Of a DNA stretch of 64,000 nucleotides, positions 28,983 through 37,133 are shown piece after piece. Below the pieces are notes generated by a model. That model did no database searches, was not told where the DNA came from, and was given only the letters and a program-made list of their open reading frames with translations. This stretch comes from Bacteroidota bacterium. GTDB lineage: Bacteria > Bacteroidota > Bacteroidia > 2-12-FULL-35-15. Numbering within the stretch: position 1 is the stretch's first letter; every line of letters starts with the position of its first letter. The stretch is from contig JAFLBF010000003.1 in NCBI GenBank assembly GCA_017303895.1, positions 181,694 to 245,693 of the forward strand. Reading direction: 5' to 3'. The translations under genes and the position numbers were made by a program.

Positions 28983-29771
28983 TTAGAAATGAAAGTTGAC
29001 GCCCAGAGTTAGGGGAGAAAACCGTATGTTTTTAATATATTCTCCGGTATTGTGTTCCTGGTAAAAGGATTTGAAATAAAACACACTCCCTACGCATAAT
29101 GATAACTTGTTTTTATACAAATAGCGTTCAAAAGAAATACTTAAGTATGGTGTTATCCTGTTAAAACTGAGTCTGTCTTTCCGGGGATTTGTATCATAGG
29201 TTTTTAATATTACAGTTTCAGTTACCGGTGGTGCATTGCCTGTGTAAACGTAATAGAATTTGTAATCTTTTGTTTCTTCATGGATTTCTGAATAAATAAA
29301 ATCAAAATTCACTCCTGCCTCAAAATGAGCTTTGAAAAATTTGGTGTAATTTAATTGAGCGCTCACAAATAGTGGAATGCCTATGTATTTATTGGTAATA
29401 GTTCCAACAGCTGAATGCACCCATGTAGTATCTGCTGTTTTTATTACATTCGTATTTATACCTCGTATCCGTTCTTTTGTATAACATAGTCCTGTTCCTA
29501 GAAGGACTAGCTTGTTTATATTTTTTTTTATTCGTAAAGTGTGTGTGTCAAAAATATTGTTGTCTGAATTGTTTCTAATTCTGTTTTTAAAAGATGGAAT
29601 ATCTATTATTTTTATATTGTTATTGGAAAATTCAGGGAATTGATGCTTAATAAAAGTGAGTGCAGTTGTTTTGTATTCAATCGTAAATAGACTGTCAGTA
29701 CTAGCCCTTGATATAAGTGTGGAAGTGCTAAATAGAAATGAGAAAATAAAAACAGCCTTTTTTAAATACAT
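28983..29771 (-). CDS. Putative outer-membrane beta-barrel protein, paralog A
   Basis: 262 aa with a signal peptide, an alternating amphipathic pattern and the C-terminal aromatic terminus LGVNFHF. It is paralogous to 29844..30635. Confidence 0.55.
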   Translation of the reverse strand: MYLKKAVFIFSFLFSTSTLISRASTDSLFTIEYKTTALTFIKHQFPEFSNNNIKIIDIPSFKNRIRNNSDNNIFDTHTLRIKKNINKLVLLGTGLCYTKERIRGINTNVIKTADTTWVHSAVGTITNKYIGIPLFVSAQLNYTKFFKAHFEAGVNFDFIYSEIHEETKDYKFYYVYTGNAPPVTETVILKTYDTNPRKDRLSFNRITPYLSISFERYLYKNKLSLCVGSVFYFKSFYQEHNTGEYIKNIRFSPLTLGVNFHF

Positions 29772-29843
29772 TTCATTGTAGAATTAAAATCATGCTTCTC
29801 TTCAAATGTACAGAAAAATGTTGTTTTTGTTTTATTTTTTGTT

Positions 29844-30635
29844 TTAGAAATGAAAGTTGGCTCCTAGGGTTAAAGGAGAAAACCGTATGTTTTTAATATA
29901 CTCTCCGGTATTGTGTTCCTGATAAAAGGATCTGAAATAAAACACACTTCCAACGCATAATGATAACTTGTTTTTATACAAATAGCGTTCAAAAGAAATG
30001 CTTAAATATGGTGTTATTCTGTTAAAGCTAGCTCGGTCTTTACGAGGATGTGTTTCGTATGTTTTTATCAAATAGGTTTGTGTAACAGGGGGAGCGCTTC
30101 CTGAATGTACAGTTACATATTTAAGATCTTTTGTTTCTTCATGAATTTCAGAATAAATAAAATCAAAGTTCACTCCTGCCTCAAAATGAGCTTTGAAAAA
30201 TTTGGAGTAATTTAATTGAGCGCTCACAAATAGTGGAATACCTATGTATTTGTAAGTAATAGTTCCATAAATGCTATGATACCAAACAGTGTCCCCATCG
30301 ATCTTTTCCATGTTCCAATGGGTACCTAATATTTGTTCTTTTGTATGGCAAGCTCCGGTTCCTAATAGAAAAACATTTCCGAGTTGTTTTTTGATTCGAA
30401 TACTATGATTGTCAAAGAGATAATTTGTAGATTCTTCTTTTATTCTTGTTCCTTTGCCACGGTTTGAATAATTTGGAAGTAAGTTCGGATACCCTATAAA
30501 TTCATAATTTATAAAAGTAAGGCCGGTTGCTCTATATTCAATTGTGAATAAACTGTCTGTATTAGCCTTCATTCTTTTTATTGAAATGCTAAAACATATA
30601 ACAAGTAAAATTATAATTGCTTTTTTGCAATCCAT
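29844..30635 (-). CDS. Putative outer-membrane beta-barrel protein, paralog B
   Basis: 263 aa with the same architecture and the terminus LGANFHF. It lies 2 nt downstream of the 943-aa gene. Confidence 0.55.
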   Translation of the reverse strand: MDCKKAIIILLVICFSISIKRMKANTDSLFTIEYRATGLTFINYEFIGYPNLLPNYSNRGKGTRIKEESTNYLFDNHSIRIKKQLGNVFLLGTGACHTKEQILGTHWNMEKIDGDTVWYHSIYGTITYKYIGIPLFVSAQLNYSKFFKAHFEAGVNFDFIYSEIHEETKDLKYVTVHSGSAPPVTQTYLIKTYETHPRKDRASFNRITPYLSISFERYLYKNKLSLCVGSVFYFRSFYQEHNTGEYIKNIRFSPLTLGANFHF

Positions 30636-30637
30636 AT

Positions 30638-33469
30638 TTATTGTTGTATTACTAGTGCTTTTGAGTTAAAACCACTTGAGGATTTAGTCCTGATTAAATA
30701 AACGCCATTCCTAATATTTCTTAAATCTATATTTTTTTCTTCAGATAAATTTAAATCAACAAATATTAATCTACCGAACGAATCATAGATTTCTATTGAG
30801 TACTTCTCATTATTATTTAATTCTACCTTAAAAATGCCAACATTGGGATTGGGGGCAATAATTATTTCGTTTATATAATTTGAGAGCAAGTTATTGCGCT
30901 CAAATTTTCTAGATTGGGTTGTATCACAATCAGGAACCACAATGTATTGTTCTAATGTATCAGAATTACCAGATGTATCTGTTACAATTAACATTGAGTG
31001 GTAAGTTCCAGGAAAATTATAGTAAACAGTTGGTGTGGACGAATTTGATGTTTGACCATTCCCAAAATCCCAATAATACTGAAAAAGGGAATTAGTGTCA
31101 TTTTCATATACTCCCTCTATCTTAACCGAATCTGTCCAACACATAAGTGTATCATACAAAGGAGGGGATTCGCTTGAATGAAAACTTGTATTATTTGAAG
31201 CCTTGAATGCAAAATCGTAGTTACCTGAAGGGAAGTTAGGTGCAATCATGCCGTACAAATTTGACCAATTTTGAACATTATATAGAAAACCGCCACTATT
31301 TCTCGTTGAATACCACTCAATTTCATATTTCTTAAGAATTTTAGCATGTGTAATAGCAATTTTTCCATTGTAGCTATTGGGGCTAGTTGCATCATCATCG
31401 TTCTGATCACTCGAATATGCAAAAAAGTAATGTCCATTATTGTCGTAACAATTCCACGCCAAATTTCCCATCCAATTGGAGTAATTATGTGCCCATCCCA
31501 TTATTTTACTTTTGTCACCATTTCTGATTTGAAAAACCTCACAGTCAGAATTTCTCATAATTATTGAAGGCTTTTCCCATTTTGACGGAAATGTGAAATT
31601 ATTGCTTTCAAAATCTATGTTGTAGAAAAAACTCCGTAATGCAGGGAAATTATCTTGTTTAAATGAGTTATTGAAATTTTGCCACCAATTAAGGCCAGTG
31701 CCAAATGTAGACATGAATGAAGACGCCCACATGACATTATGAAATTCAACATCGTTACATCCTTCTATTTGGTTGGGATCAAAATCATCTACTCCAGGTG
31801 TATTTCTTTGGGTTGCCATAAATCCTGTTTCTCCAAAAATAGAGGGTTTGTCATAATCAATTAAAAGGCCCTTATATCCGTTGTTCGGAATAGGAAAAGT
31901 TTCGTTCATTACTTTAAATCGTCCTTGATTTTCGTCACGCATATTCCCATACGAATGTGCGCTGGTAACGTCAAAAAGTATATTGGAAAAAGGGTTAAGA
32001 GTGCTAGATTGTCTATCAGCGTATGAGGTGCTAATTAAATGATTCGTTTCTCCTAATTGATTTTTAATGTAACCTGCTAGAGCTAAATTAAAATAGTAAG
32101 AATCAGTGGAGTGACTAGGAAAAGAGTTGGTAGTCCCCCAGCCATCCGCTTCACTTAATAATTCAATTATCCCAAGACTCGTTGAATACCCCCATCTAGC
32201 AATTATATATCGGTATCTTCTTTTTATATGTTCTAATGCGATATTTGAAGTAAGTACATCGTAGGGTTCTTGAATCCCCAAATCTATTTTGTAAGGATTG
32301 TAATCCCATAAAAAATTTGTCTGTTGGTAATTAGGAGAAAGAGGATCGTATTTTACATAATTAAATTGAAATTCTAAATTTAGAAGCATGTATATTTTCC
32401 TGCTTTCACATAATTCAAACAATTTGTCTAACTCAAATGCTTGATTTTGTCTGTTCTGTGAACTGCCATCATAGCTAGTGTATTTTCCATAATGCCCAGC
32501 CTTTTCCCATTCTAACCCAAAGCTATATGGGGTCATTAATATTCTAAAAAAATTTCCTTGACTATTCGCAAGATTATTAACTTCGCTTAAGTATTCAACA
32601 AAGGGTTCTGGCCTGAAATTATTACTATTCCAAGTGGAATTAATCCAATTGAGATTTTGACCAATTGCAAAAAAAGATTCGCTAGTTTCACTGAATTTCA
32701 AATGTCGTTTATGATGGCCAACTTGTAAATATCCTTTGTTGGCAGAAGGGATACATTCAAACTCAATACAATCAACATCTATTGGAGGGAATTTGTTAGT
32801 ATGTGAAATAACCTTTATATCACATTTCCATTTTCCCAAATCATTTGGTGCAAAGCGAATTCTGAAATTGTATTCGTTAATAATTGGATTCCAGCTATAG
32901 TTGTGTTCTACGTCTTGAATCCTTTCAAAGTCTTCCATGTAAAATCCATATATAATTCTATTTAATGAACCACTTGGAGAAATGAATGTTGCAATAATAT
33001 CAATATCTTCCGGATTGAATGGATTGACGTTTGTAGAATTCGCCCCCGAGTTAAAATAATCGCTTACAAGGTTGTCTATACTGGTTGGTAGGTCTAACCC
33101 TAATTCTAATTTTTCATATTTACCTACTTGTGTTGTTGGAGTGGTAATAGGTGATAATACAACAACTTGAAAATTGGGGTTTTCTAACTGTGCCTTAAAT
33201 TTCCCACTTCCACTGAGTGCCGAGACGCTAAAACCCGGTTTGAGGTGAATACAATTGCCAGCGGTGTAGTTTACTTGTGCGGTTCCACTAATTGCCACCG
33301 TATTGCTTGGAATATTGGGTGAAATAATACAATTGTGTGAACAATAATTATGTATTCCAGAAGTTAGTGTTTTGTTTTCAACTATAATAGTTGGCGCAAC
33401 TTGCGAATATGTTATTTCTGCCAAAGAAAAACAGAACACTAATGAGATTAATTTTATTTTAAGTTTCAT
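30638..33469 (-). CDS. Large multi-domain T9SS cargo: coathanger-like N-term, DUF5060-like Ig, GH-like TIM-barrel region, PKD, Por_Secre_tail CTD
   Basis: 943 aa with a signal peptide. Recognisable pieces are NYTAGNCIHLKPGFSV (3-coathanger-stack-like), FRIRFAPNDLGKWKCDIKV (DUF5060-like), candidate catalytic Glu contexts LLSEADGW and FGETGF, a PKD motif YYWDFGNGQTS...GTYHSMLIVTDTSGNSD (about nt 30926-31132), and the CTD APNPNVGIFKVEL...GVYLIRTKS (nt 30641-30862). Confidence 0.65.
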   Translation of the reverse strand: MKLKIKLISLVFCFSLAEITYSQVAPTIIVENKTLTSGIHNYCSHNCIISPNIPSNTVAISGTAQVNYTAGNCIHLKPGFSVSALSGSGKFKAQLENPNFQVVVLSPITTPTTQVGKYEKLELGLDLPTSIDNLVSDYFNSGANSTNVNPFNPEDIDIIATFISPSGSLNRIIYGFYMEDFERIQDVEHNYSWNPIINEYNFRIRFAPNDLGKWKCDIKVISHTNKFPPIDVDCIEFECIPSANKGYLQVGHHKRHLKFSETSESFFAIGQNLNWINSTWNSNNFRPEPFVEYLSEVNNLANSQGNFFRILMTPYSFGLEWEKAGHYGKYTSYDGSSQNRQNQAFELDKLFELCESRKIYMLLNLEFQFNYVKYDPLSPNYQQTNFLWDYNPYKIDLGIQEPYDVLTSNIALEHIKRRYRYIIARWGYSTSLGIIELLSEADGWGTTNSFPSHSTDSYYFNLALAGYIKNQLGETNHLISTSYADRQSSTLNPFSNILFDVTSAHSYGNMRDENQGRFKVMNETFPIPNNGYKGLLIDYDKPSIFGETGFMATQRNTPGVDDFDPNQIEGCNDVEFHNVMWASSFMSTFGTGLNWWQNFNNSFKQDNFPALRSFFYNIDFESNNFTFPSKWEKPSIIMRNSDCEVFQIRNGDKSKIMGWAHNYSNWMGNLAWNCYDNNGHYFFAYSSDQNDDDATSPNSYNGKIAITHAKILKKYEIEWYSTRNSGGFLYNVQNWSNLYGMIAPNFPSGNYDFAFKASNNTSFHSSESPPLYDTLMCWTDSVKIEGVYENDTNSLFQYYWDFGNGQTSNSSTPTVYYNFPGTYHSMLIVTDTSGNSDTLEQYIVVPDCDTTQSRKFERNNLLSNYINEIIIAPNPNVGIFKVELNNNEKYSIEIYDSFGRLIFVDLNLSEEKNIDLRNIRNGVYLIRTKSSSGFNSKALVIQQ

Positions 33470-33480
33470 GTTTTTTAATC

Positions 33481-34659
33481 TTATTTGTTCAAATCTTCTA
33501 TAGCTTTTTTCAGCTCATCATTCTTAATTTCTAATTGCTCAATTTTTTTGTTTTGTTCAATTAGGTAGAGAGTAAGCTCCTCAATTTTCTGCATTTGAAG
33601 TATAACCATTTCTCCTAAGTCGGCACCGTTTGCTGTTACTTCTTTTTGTGATGGAATTTCAGGTAAGTGTTTGTTTGTATGGATATAGGTTTCTAATTCA
33701 TTTAATGTCATTAGTTTATAATCTGTTTCAAAAACATAATCAGGAAATGTTCCTAATTGAATGTTTACTTCTCTGGCATATACTTTCCCATCACCTAATA
33801 CTCTGAAATTTTCAATTCCAGCATTTTCAATCACAAATGCTTTAGTTGTATTGTCATTAACTTCTTGCTTTATTCCATACAATGCTCCAGAAGCTGTTTG
33901 AACAAGAATACCGGAGTTCGTACCAGTGCTAGATGCTGCTACTGTTAATTTATAATTATTCGTATTGGTTAACAAAGTTGTTCCTACCCCGATATTCCCA
34001 TTTTTTAAAATAGTAAGTGCATTTGAAGTGGCTACAGCACTAGTCCCGTTTCCAACAACAAATAAGGGGTCAGTAGGAATCCATGTGCTGGCATTGTAGC
34101 CTGCAGATAATTGATTGAACTGTCCAATAACCATTGATAAGTATGATTGGGCATTTGTAGAATAGCCAAATGCAGCTGAAATGGCTCCGCTGGAAGTAGC
34201 TTGAGAGCCAACGGCAAATGAATAATTTCCGCTTGCTGTTGTGCTTCCGCCAAATGCAAAAGCACCACCACCACTTGCGGTTGTAGTGGTACCTGCAGCA
34301 AATGATCGTGAACCACTTGCTGTAGTATTATAGCCAAATGCAACAGACCATGTTCCGATATTCGTAGGATCCCACTGAGAACTAGTTACTTGTCCTGCTC
34401 GAATAGCAAATTTTGAAGGAATCCACATTAATCTAACCCCAGATCCTGTAGTAGGTGTGGAGCCTGATGATCCATCAAAAAGCACGCTTCCATTTTTTAC
34501 TTGAAACATTGAAACTGGTGCATAGGAAGGAAATCCTATGCCCACATTTCCTGAAGTTATTTGAGTAATATTGCCCGCTGAAGTAGAAAATTGAGCCCAT
34601 GAAAAAGATGCTTTTAAAATTAAAAAGCATGATAAAATTAATTTTGTTGATGTTTGCAT
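33481..34659 (-). CDS. Secreted YadA-head-like (Hep_Hag-type) repeat protein with C-terminal coiled coil, no membrane anchor
   Basis: I place the start at the ATG at 34659 (MQTSTKLILSCFLILKASFSWAQ). It contains repeats SVAFGYNTTASGSRSFAAGTTTTASGGGAFAFGGSTTASGNYSFAVGSQATSSGAISAAFGYSTNA and GNxGIG motifs. The C-terminus is PDYVF...HLPEIPS...GEMVILQMQKIEELTLYLIEQNKKIEQLEIKNDELKKAIEDLNK. Confidence 0.6.
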   Translation of the reverse strand: MQTSTKLILSCFLILKASFSWAQFSTSAGNITQITSGNVGIGFPSYAPVSMFQVKNGSVLFDGSSGSTPTTGSGVRLMWIPSKFAIRAGQVTSSQWDPTNIGTWSVAFGYNTTASGSRSFAAGTTTTASGGGAFAFGGSTTASGNYSFAVGSQATSSGAISAAFGYSTNAQSYLSMVIGQFNQLSAGYNASTWIPTDPLFVVGNGTSAVATSNALTILKNGNIGVGTTLLTNTNNYKLTVAASSTGTNSGILVQTASGALYGIKQEVNDNTTKAFVIENAGIENFRVLGDGKVYAREVNIQLGTFPDYVFETDYKLMTLNELETYIHTNKHLPEIPSQKEVTANGADLGEMVILQMQKIEELTLYLIEQNKKIEQLEIKNDELKKAIEDLNK

Positions 34660-34674
34660 GTCTATAGTTTTTAT

Positions 34675-34705
34675 CAAATCTAAACTAATAAATACAATTT
34701 GCAAA
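34675..34705 (-). promoter_or_regulatory. Candidate sigma-A promoter for the island operon (TTTG-N19-TAGATTTG)
   Basis: On the minus strand, TTTG corresponds to plus-strand 34702-34705, followed by a 19-nt spacer and TAGATTTG (plus-strand 34675-34682). This is 15 nt upstream of the ATG at 34659. Confidence 0.45.
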
Positions 34706-34755
34706 CATGATTTATATCAGCAGTTCTTATTTTTAATAATTGATAAGCATTAAAA

Positions 34756-36345
34756 TTATTCCTCTTTAAACTCAGAGATAAAGTGGAATTTAATATCCGG
34801 ATTTTTTTCTTCAGCCATTTGTAATGCCCATGCGGACTCCGCCAGGAACACAGGACGGCCATCTTTATCGGTTGCCATGTGATGTGCTTTCTCGAAAATA
34901 AACTCGTCCAGTTTTTTCTTATCCTTGCTACTGATCCAGCAAGCTTTATACAAGGAGATACTTTCATAATCGCAGGAAGCGGAGTACTCGCTTCTCAAAC
35001 GATGTTGAATGACTTCAAACTGAAGTGCTCCCACCGTTCCCAATACTTTTCTATTATCGGTACGTTTGGTGAACAACTGTGCCACACCTTCATCGGTCAA
35101 TTGCTCCAAGCCTTTATTCAGCTGCTTGGTTTTCATTGGATCTTTATTTACCACATAACGGAACAATTCAGGGGAGAACTGAGGAATACCTTTGAAGTTG
35201 AATTTTTCTCCTTCTGTTAATGTATCACCGATCTTAAAATTGGATGAATCATATAAACCAATGATATCTCCGGGGTATGCTTCATCCACCACATTTTTAT
35301 CCTGCGCCATAAAAGCAGTAGGATTGGAGAATTTCATATTTCTATTATCACGAACATGGTAATAGTTTTTGTTACGCTCAAATTTTCCTGACACAATGCG
35401 TAAAAACGCAATACGGTCGCGGTGCTTTGGATCCAAATTCGCATGGATCTTAAATACAAATCCACTGAAATTCTTATCATCCGGATTCACTTCTCTGGTG
35501 TCAGTATTTCTTCCTCTCGGTGCCGGTGCGATCTCAATAAAGGAATCCAATAATTCCCTCACTCCAAAATTATTTACCGCACTACCAAAATACACAGGAG
35601 ATACCAGTGCTTCTAAATATTCTTCTTTATCAAATTTAGGATAGCCTGCTTCTAATAATTCCACATCATTGCGAAGTGTATTCGCATAATCTTCGCCTAT
35701 TAATTTATCCAGTGTTCCATCATTCAGATCTTTGATCTCAATGGAGTTTTCTAATGTTTGTTTTTCGCCCGGGTTGAATACGGTCAAACTTTTTTCATAG
35801 AGGTTGTAAACGCCTTTAAACGTTTTACCCATACTGATCGGCCAACTCAAGGGACGAAGGTCGATGCGTAATTCTTTCTCGATCTCCTCTAAAAGATCGA
35901 AGGGATCTTTTCCTTCGCGGTCTAATTTATTGATGAACACGATCACCGGTGTGTTGCGCATCCGACAAACCTCTAATAATTTTCTGGTTTGAGGCTCCAC
36001 CCCTTTGGCACAGTCGATCAACATGATCACACTATCTACTGCAGTCAGAGTACGGTAGGTATCTTCGGCAAAATCCTCGTGTCCGGGTGTATCCAGCAAA
36101 TTGATCTTGATACCTTTGTACTCAAATCCCATTACGGAAGTAGCTACGGAGATACCACGCTGACGTTCGATCTCCATAAAGTCGGAGGTCGTGTGTTTTT
36201 TGATCTTGTTGGATTTTACCGCACCTGCTGTTTGTATGGCACCTCCGAACAAAAGTAATTTTTCGGTCAATGTGGTTTTACCGGCATCGGGGTGGGCAAT
36301 GATACCAAAGGTCTTACGTCTTTCTATTTCTTCTTTTAATGTCAT
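34756..36345 (-). CDS. prfC: Peptide chain release factor 3
   Basis: It has GTPase motifs AHPDAGKTT, DTPGHEDF and NKLD, and RF3 sequence throughout. Confidence 0.95.
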   Translation of the reverse strand: MTLKEEIERRKTFGIIAHPDAGKTTLTEKLLLFGGAIQTAGAVKSNKIKKHTTSDFMEIERQRGISVATSVMGFEYKGIKINLLDTPGHEDFAEDTYRTLTAVDSVIMLIDCAKGVEPQTRKLLEVCRMRNTPVIVFINKLDREGKDPFDLLEEIEKELRIDLRPLSWPISMGKTFKGVYNLYEKSLTVFNPGEKQTLENSIEIKDLNDGTLDKLIGEDYANTLRNDVELLEAGYPKFDKEEYLEALVSPVYFGSAVNNFGVRELLDSFIEIAPAPRGRNTDTREVNPDDKNFSGFVFKIHANLDPKHRDRIAFLRIVSGKFERNKNYYHVRDNRNMKFSNPTAFMAQDKNVVDEAYPGDIIGLYDSSNFKIGDTLTEGEKFNFKGIPQFSPELFRYVVNKDPMKTKQLNKGLEQLTDEGVAQLFTKRTDNRKVLGTVGALQFEVIQHRLRSEYSASCDYESISLYKACWISSKDKKKLDEFIFEKAHHMATDKDGRPVFLAESAWALQMAEEKNPDIKFHFISEFKEE

Positions 36346-36351
36346 GCAGAT

Positions 36352-36388
36352 GTAAATAAAAAACCCCTATCCGTGAAACGGAAAGGGG
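36352..36388 (-). terminator. Rho-independent terminator after rplS
   Basis: The minus strand reads CCCCTTTCCG-TTTCA-CGGATAGGGG followed by TTTTTTATTT. The T-tract ends about 7 nt before the prfC ATG. Confidence 0.75.
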
Positions 36389-36409
36389 TTTTGATATTGT
36401 AATAACAAA

Positions 36410-36760
36410 TTATTGTTTTTTCTCAGTGATACGAGCAGCTTTTCCTGTTAAGTCACGTAAGTAAAACAAACGAGCTCTACGAACAACACCTACTTTATTT
36501 ACTTCTACTTTATCAATGTATGGAGAGTGAACTGGGAAAACACGTTCTACACCAACACCGTTGCTCATTTTACGAACTGTGAATGATTCTGTAGCACCAC
36601 CATTTTTGCGTTGAATAACAACACCTTGGTATTGCTGAACACGTTCTTTATCACCTTCTTTAATTTTATAATGTACAGTAACTGTATCACCTGCTTTGAA
36701 TTTTGGGTGATTTGCTTTTGTTACTAATTGCTCTTCTGCGTATTTTAATAAAGCGTTCAT
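36410..36760 (-). CDS. rplS: 50S ribosomal protein L19
   Basis: 116 aa with canonical L19 sequence ([22 protein letters not shown]...RRARLFYLR). Confidence 0.97.
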   Translation of the reverse strand: MNALLKYAEEQLVTKANHPKFKAGDTVTVHYKIKEGDKERVQQYQGVVIQRKNGGATESFTVRKMSNGVGVERVFPVHSPYIDKVEVNKVGVVRRARLFYLRDLTGKAARITEKKQ

Positions 36761-36808
36761 GACTCTTTTTTTTAATAATTAATTGTTAATAACCTCGAAA
36801 AAGGACTG

Positions 36809-36839
36809 CAAATATAGAACATTTTTTTAGAATGGGAAA
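36809..36839 (-). promoter_or_regulatory. Candidate rplS promoter (TTTC-N19-TATATTTG)
   Basis: On the minus strand, TATATTTG corresponds to plus-strand 36809-36816, with a near-consensus -33 element (TTTC) 19 nt upstream. Confidence 0.4.
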
Positions 36840-36902
36840 CATTGCCATAAATATTTCTGAAAAAACAGCCGACTTGATTGTAATTTATTGTTTTTCAGTG
36901 AT

Positions 36903-37133
36903 TTATTTGGTCTTTTCAACCTTGATGATGTTAACCGGGCAGTGTTTGGCCGCCATCAGATTATCCTCATATTCATCATCACCTACCAAAACCGAAAAAA
37001 AACCTTTTTTGTCTATCCCACCCACTAAGGTACATTTTCCATCTTTCCGTGAGATCCTCCAACGGTGATGCGCTGCTTCTACACAGGCATTACAGCCAAT
37101 GCATTTGGCTCTTTGTTGCGTGATCCGGATCAT
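36903..37133 (-). CDS. Small single-cluster ferredoxin
   Basis: 76 aa with CIGCNAC...C...HCP cysteine spacing. Its ATG shares one nucleotide with the U32 stop codon (TGATG). Confidence 0.75.
   Translation of the reverse strand: MIRITQQRAKCIGCNACVEAAHHRWRISRKDGKCTLVGGIDKKGFFSVLVGDDEYEDNLMAAKHCPVNIIKVEKTK

Larger units (their letters stand above)
28981..30640 (-). repeat. Tandem gene duplication (unit ~861 bp) with mosaic identity
   Basis: 28981-29165 aligns with 29842-30026, and 29263-29400 aligns with 30124-30261. Both segments are nearly identical by hand alignment, and the segments between and beyond them are diverged. Confidence 0.85.

Noticed and set aside
28983-30635. PorP/SprF-family T9SS outer-membrane proteins as the identity of the two barrel paralogs.
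   Set aside because: They are shorter than typical PorP/SprF proteins and lack the N-terminal Q-Q-D/E-P..SQY-type motif I associate with that family. The adjacent cargo carries a type-A CTD rather than a type-B one. I leave it as a hypothesis to test, not a call.
34032-34343. 103-aa alternate-frame ORF with a Q/L/V-rich repetitive sequence inside the YadA-like gene.
   Set aside because: It is a by-product of the periodic Ala/Gly/Ser/Thr-coding repeats, which keep an alternate frame open.
28981-34755. Integrative mobile element or prophage remnant as the origin of the island.
   Set aside because: The island and its flanks contain no integrase, transposase, phage structural or replication genes, tRNA attachment site or flanking direct repeats. 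I therefore report it only as a compositional island.
34680-34967. 95-aa ORF spanning the prfC 3' end and the island promoter region.
   Set aside because: It overlaps the conserved C-terminus of RF3 in another frame and has no recognisable features.
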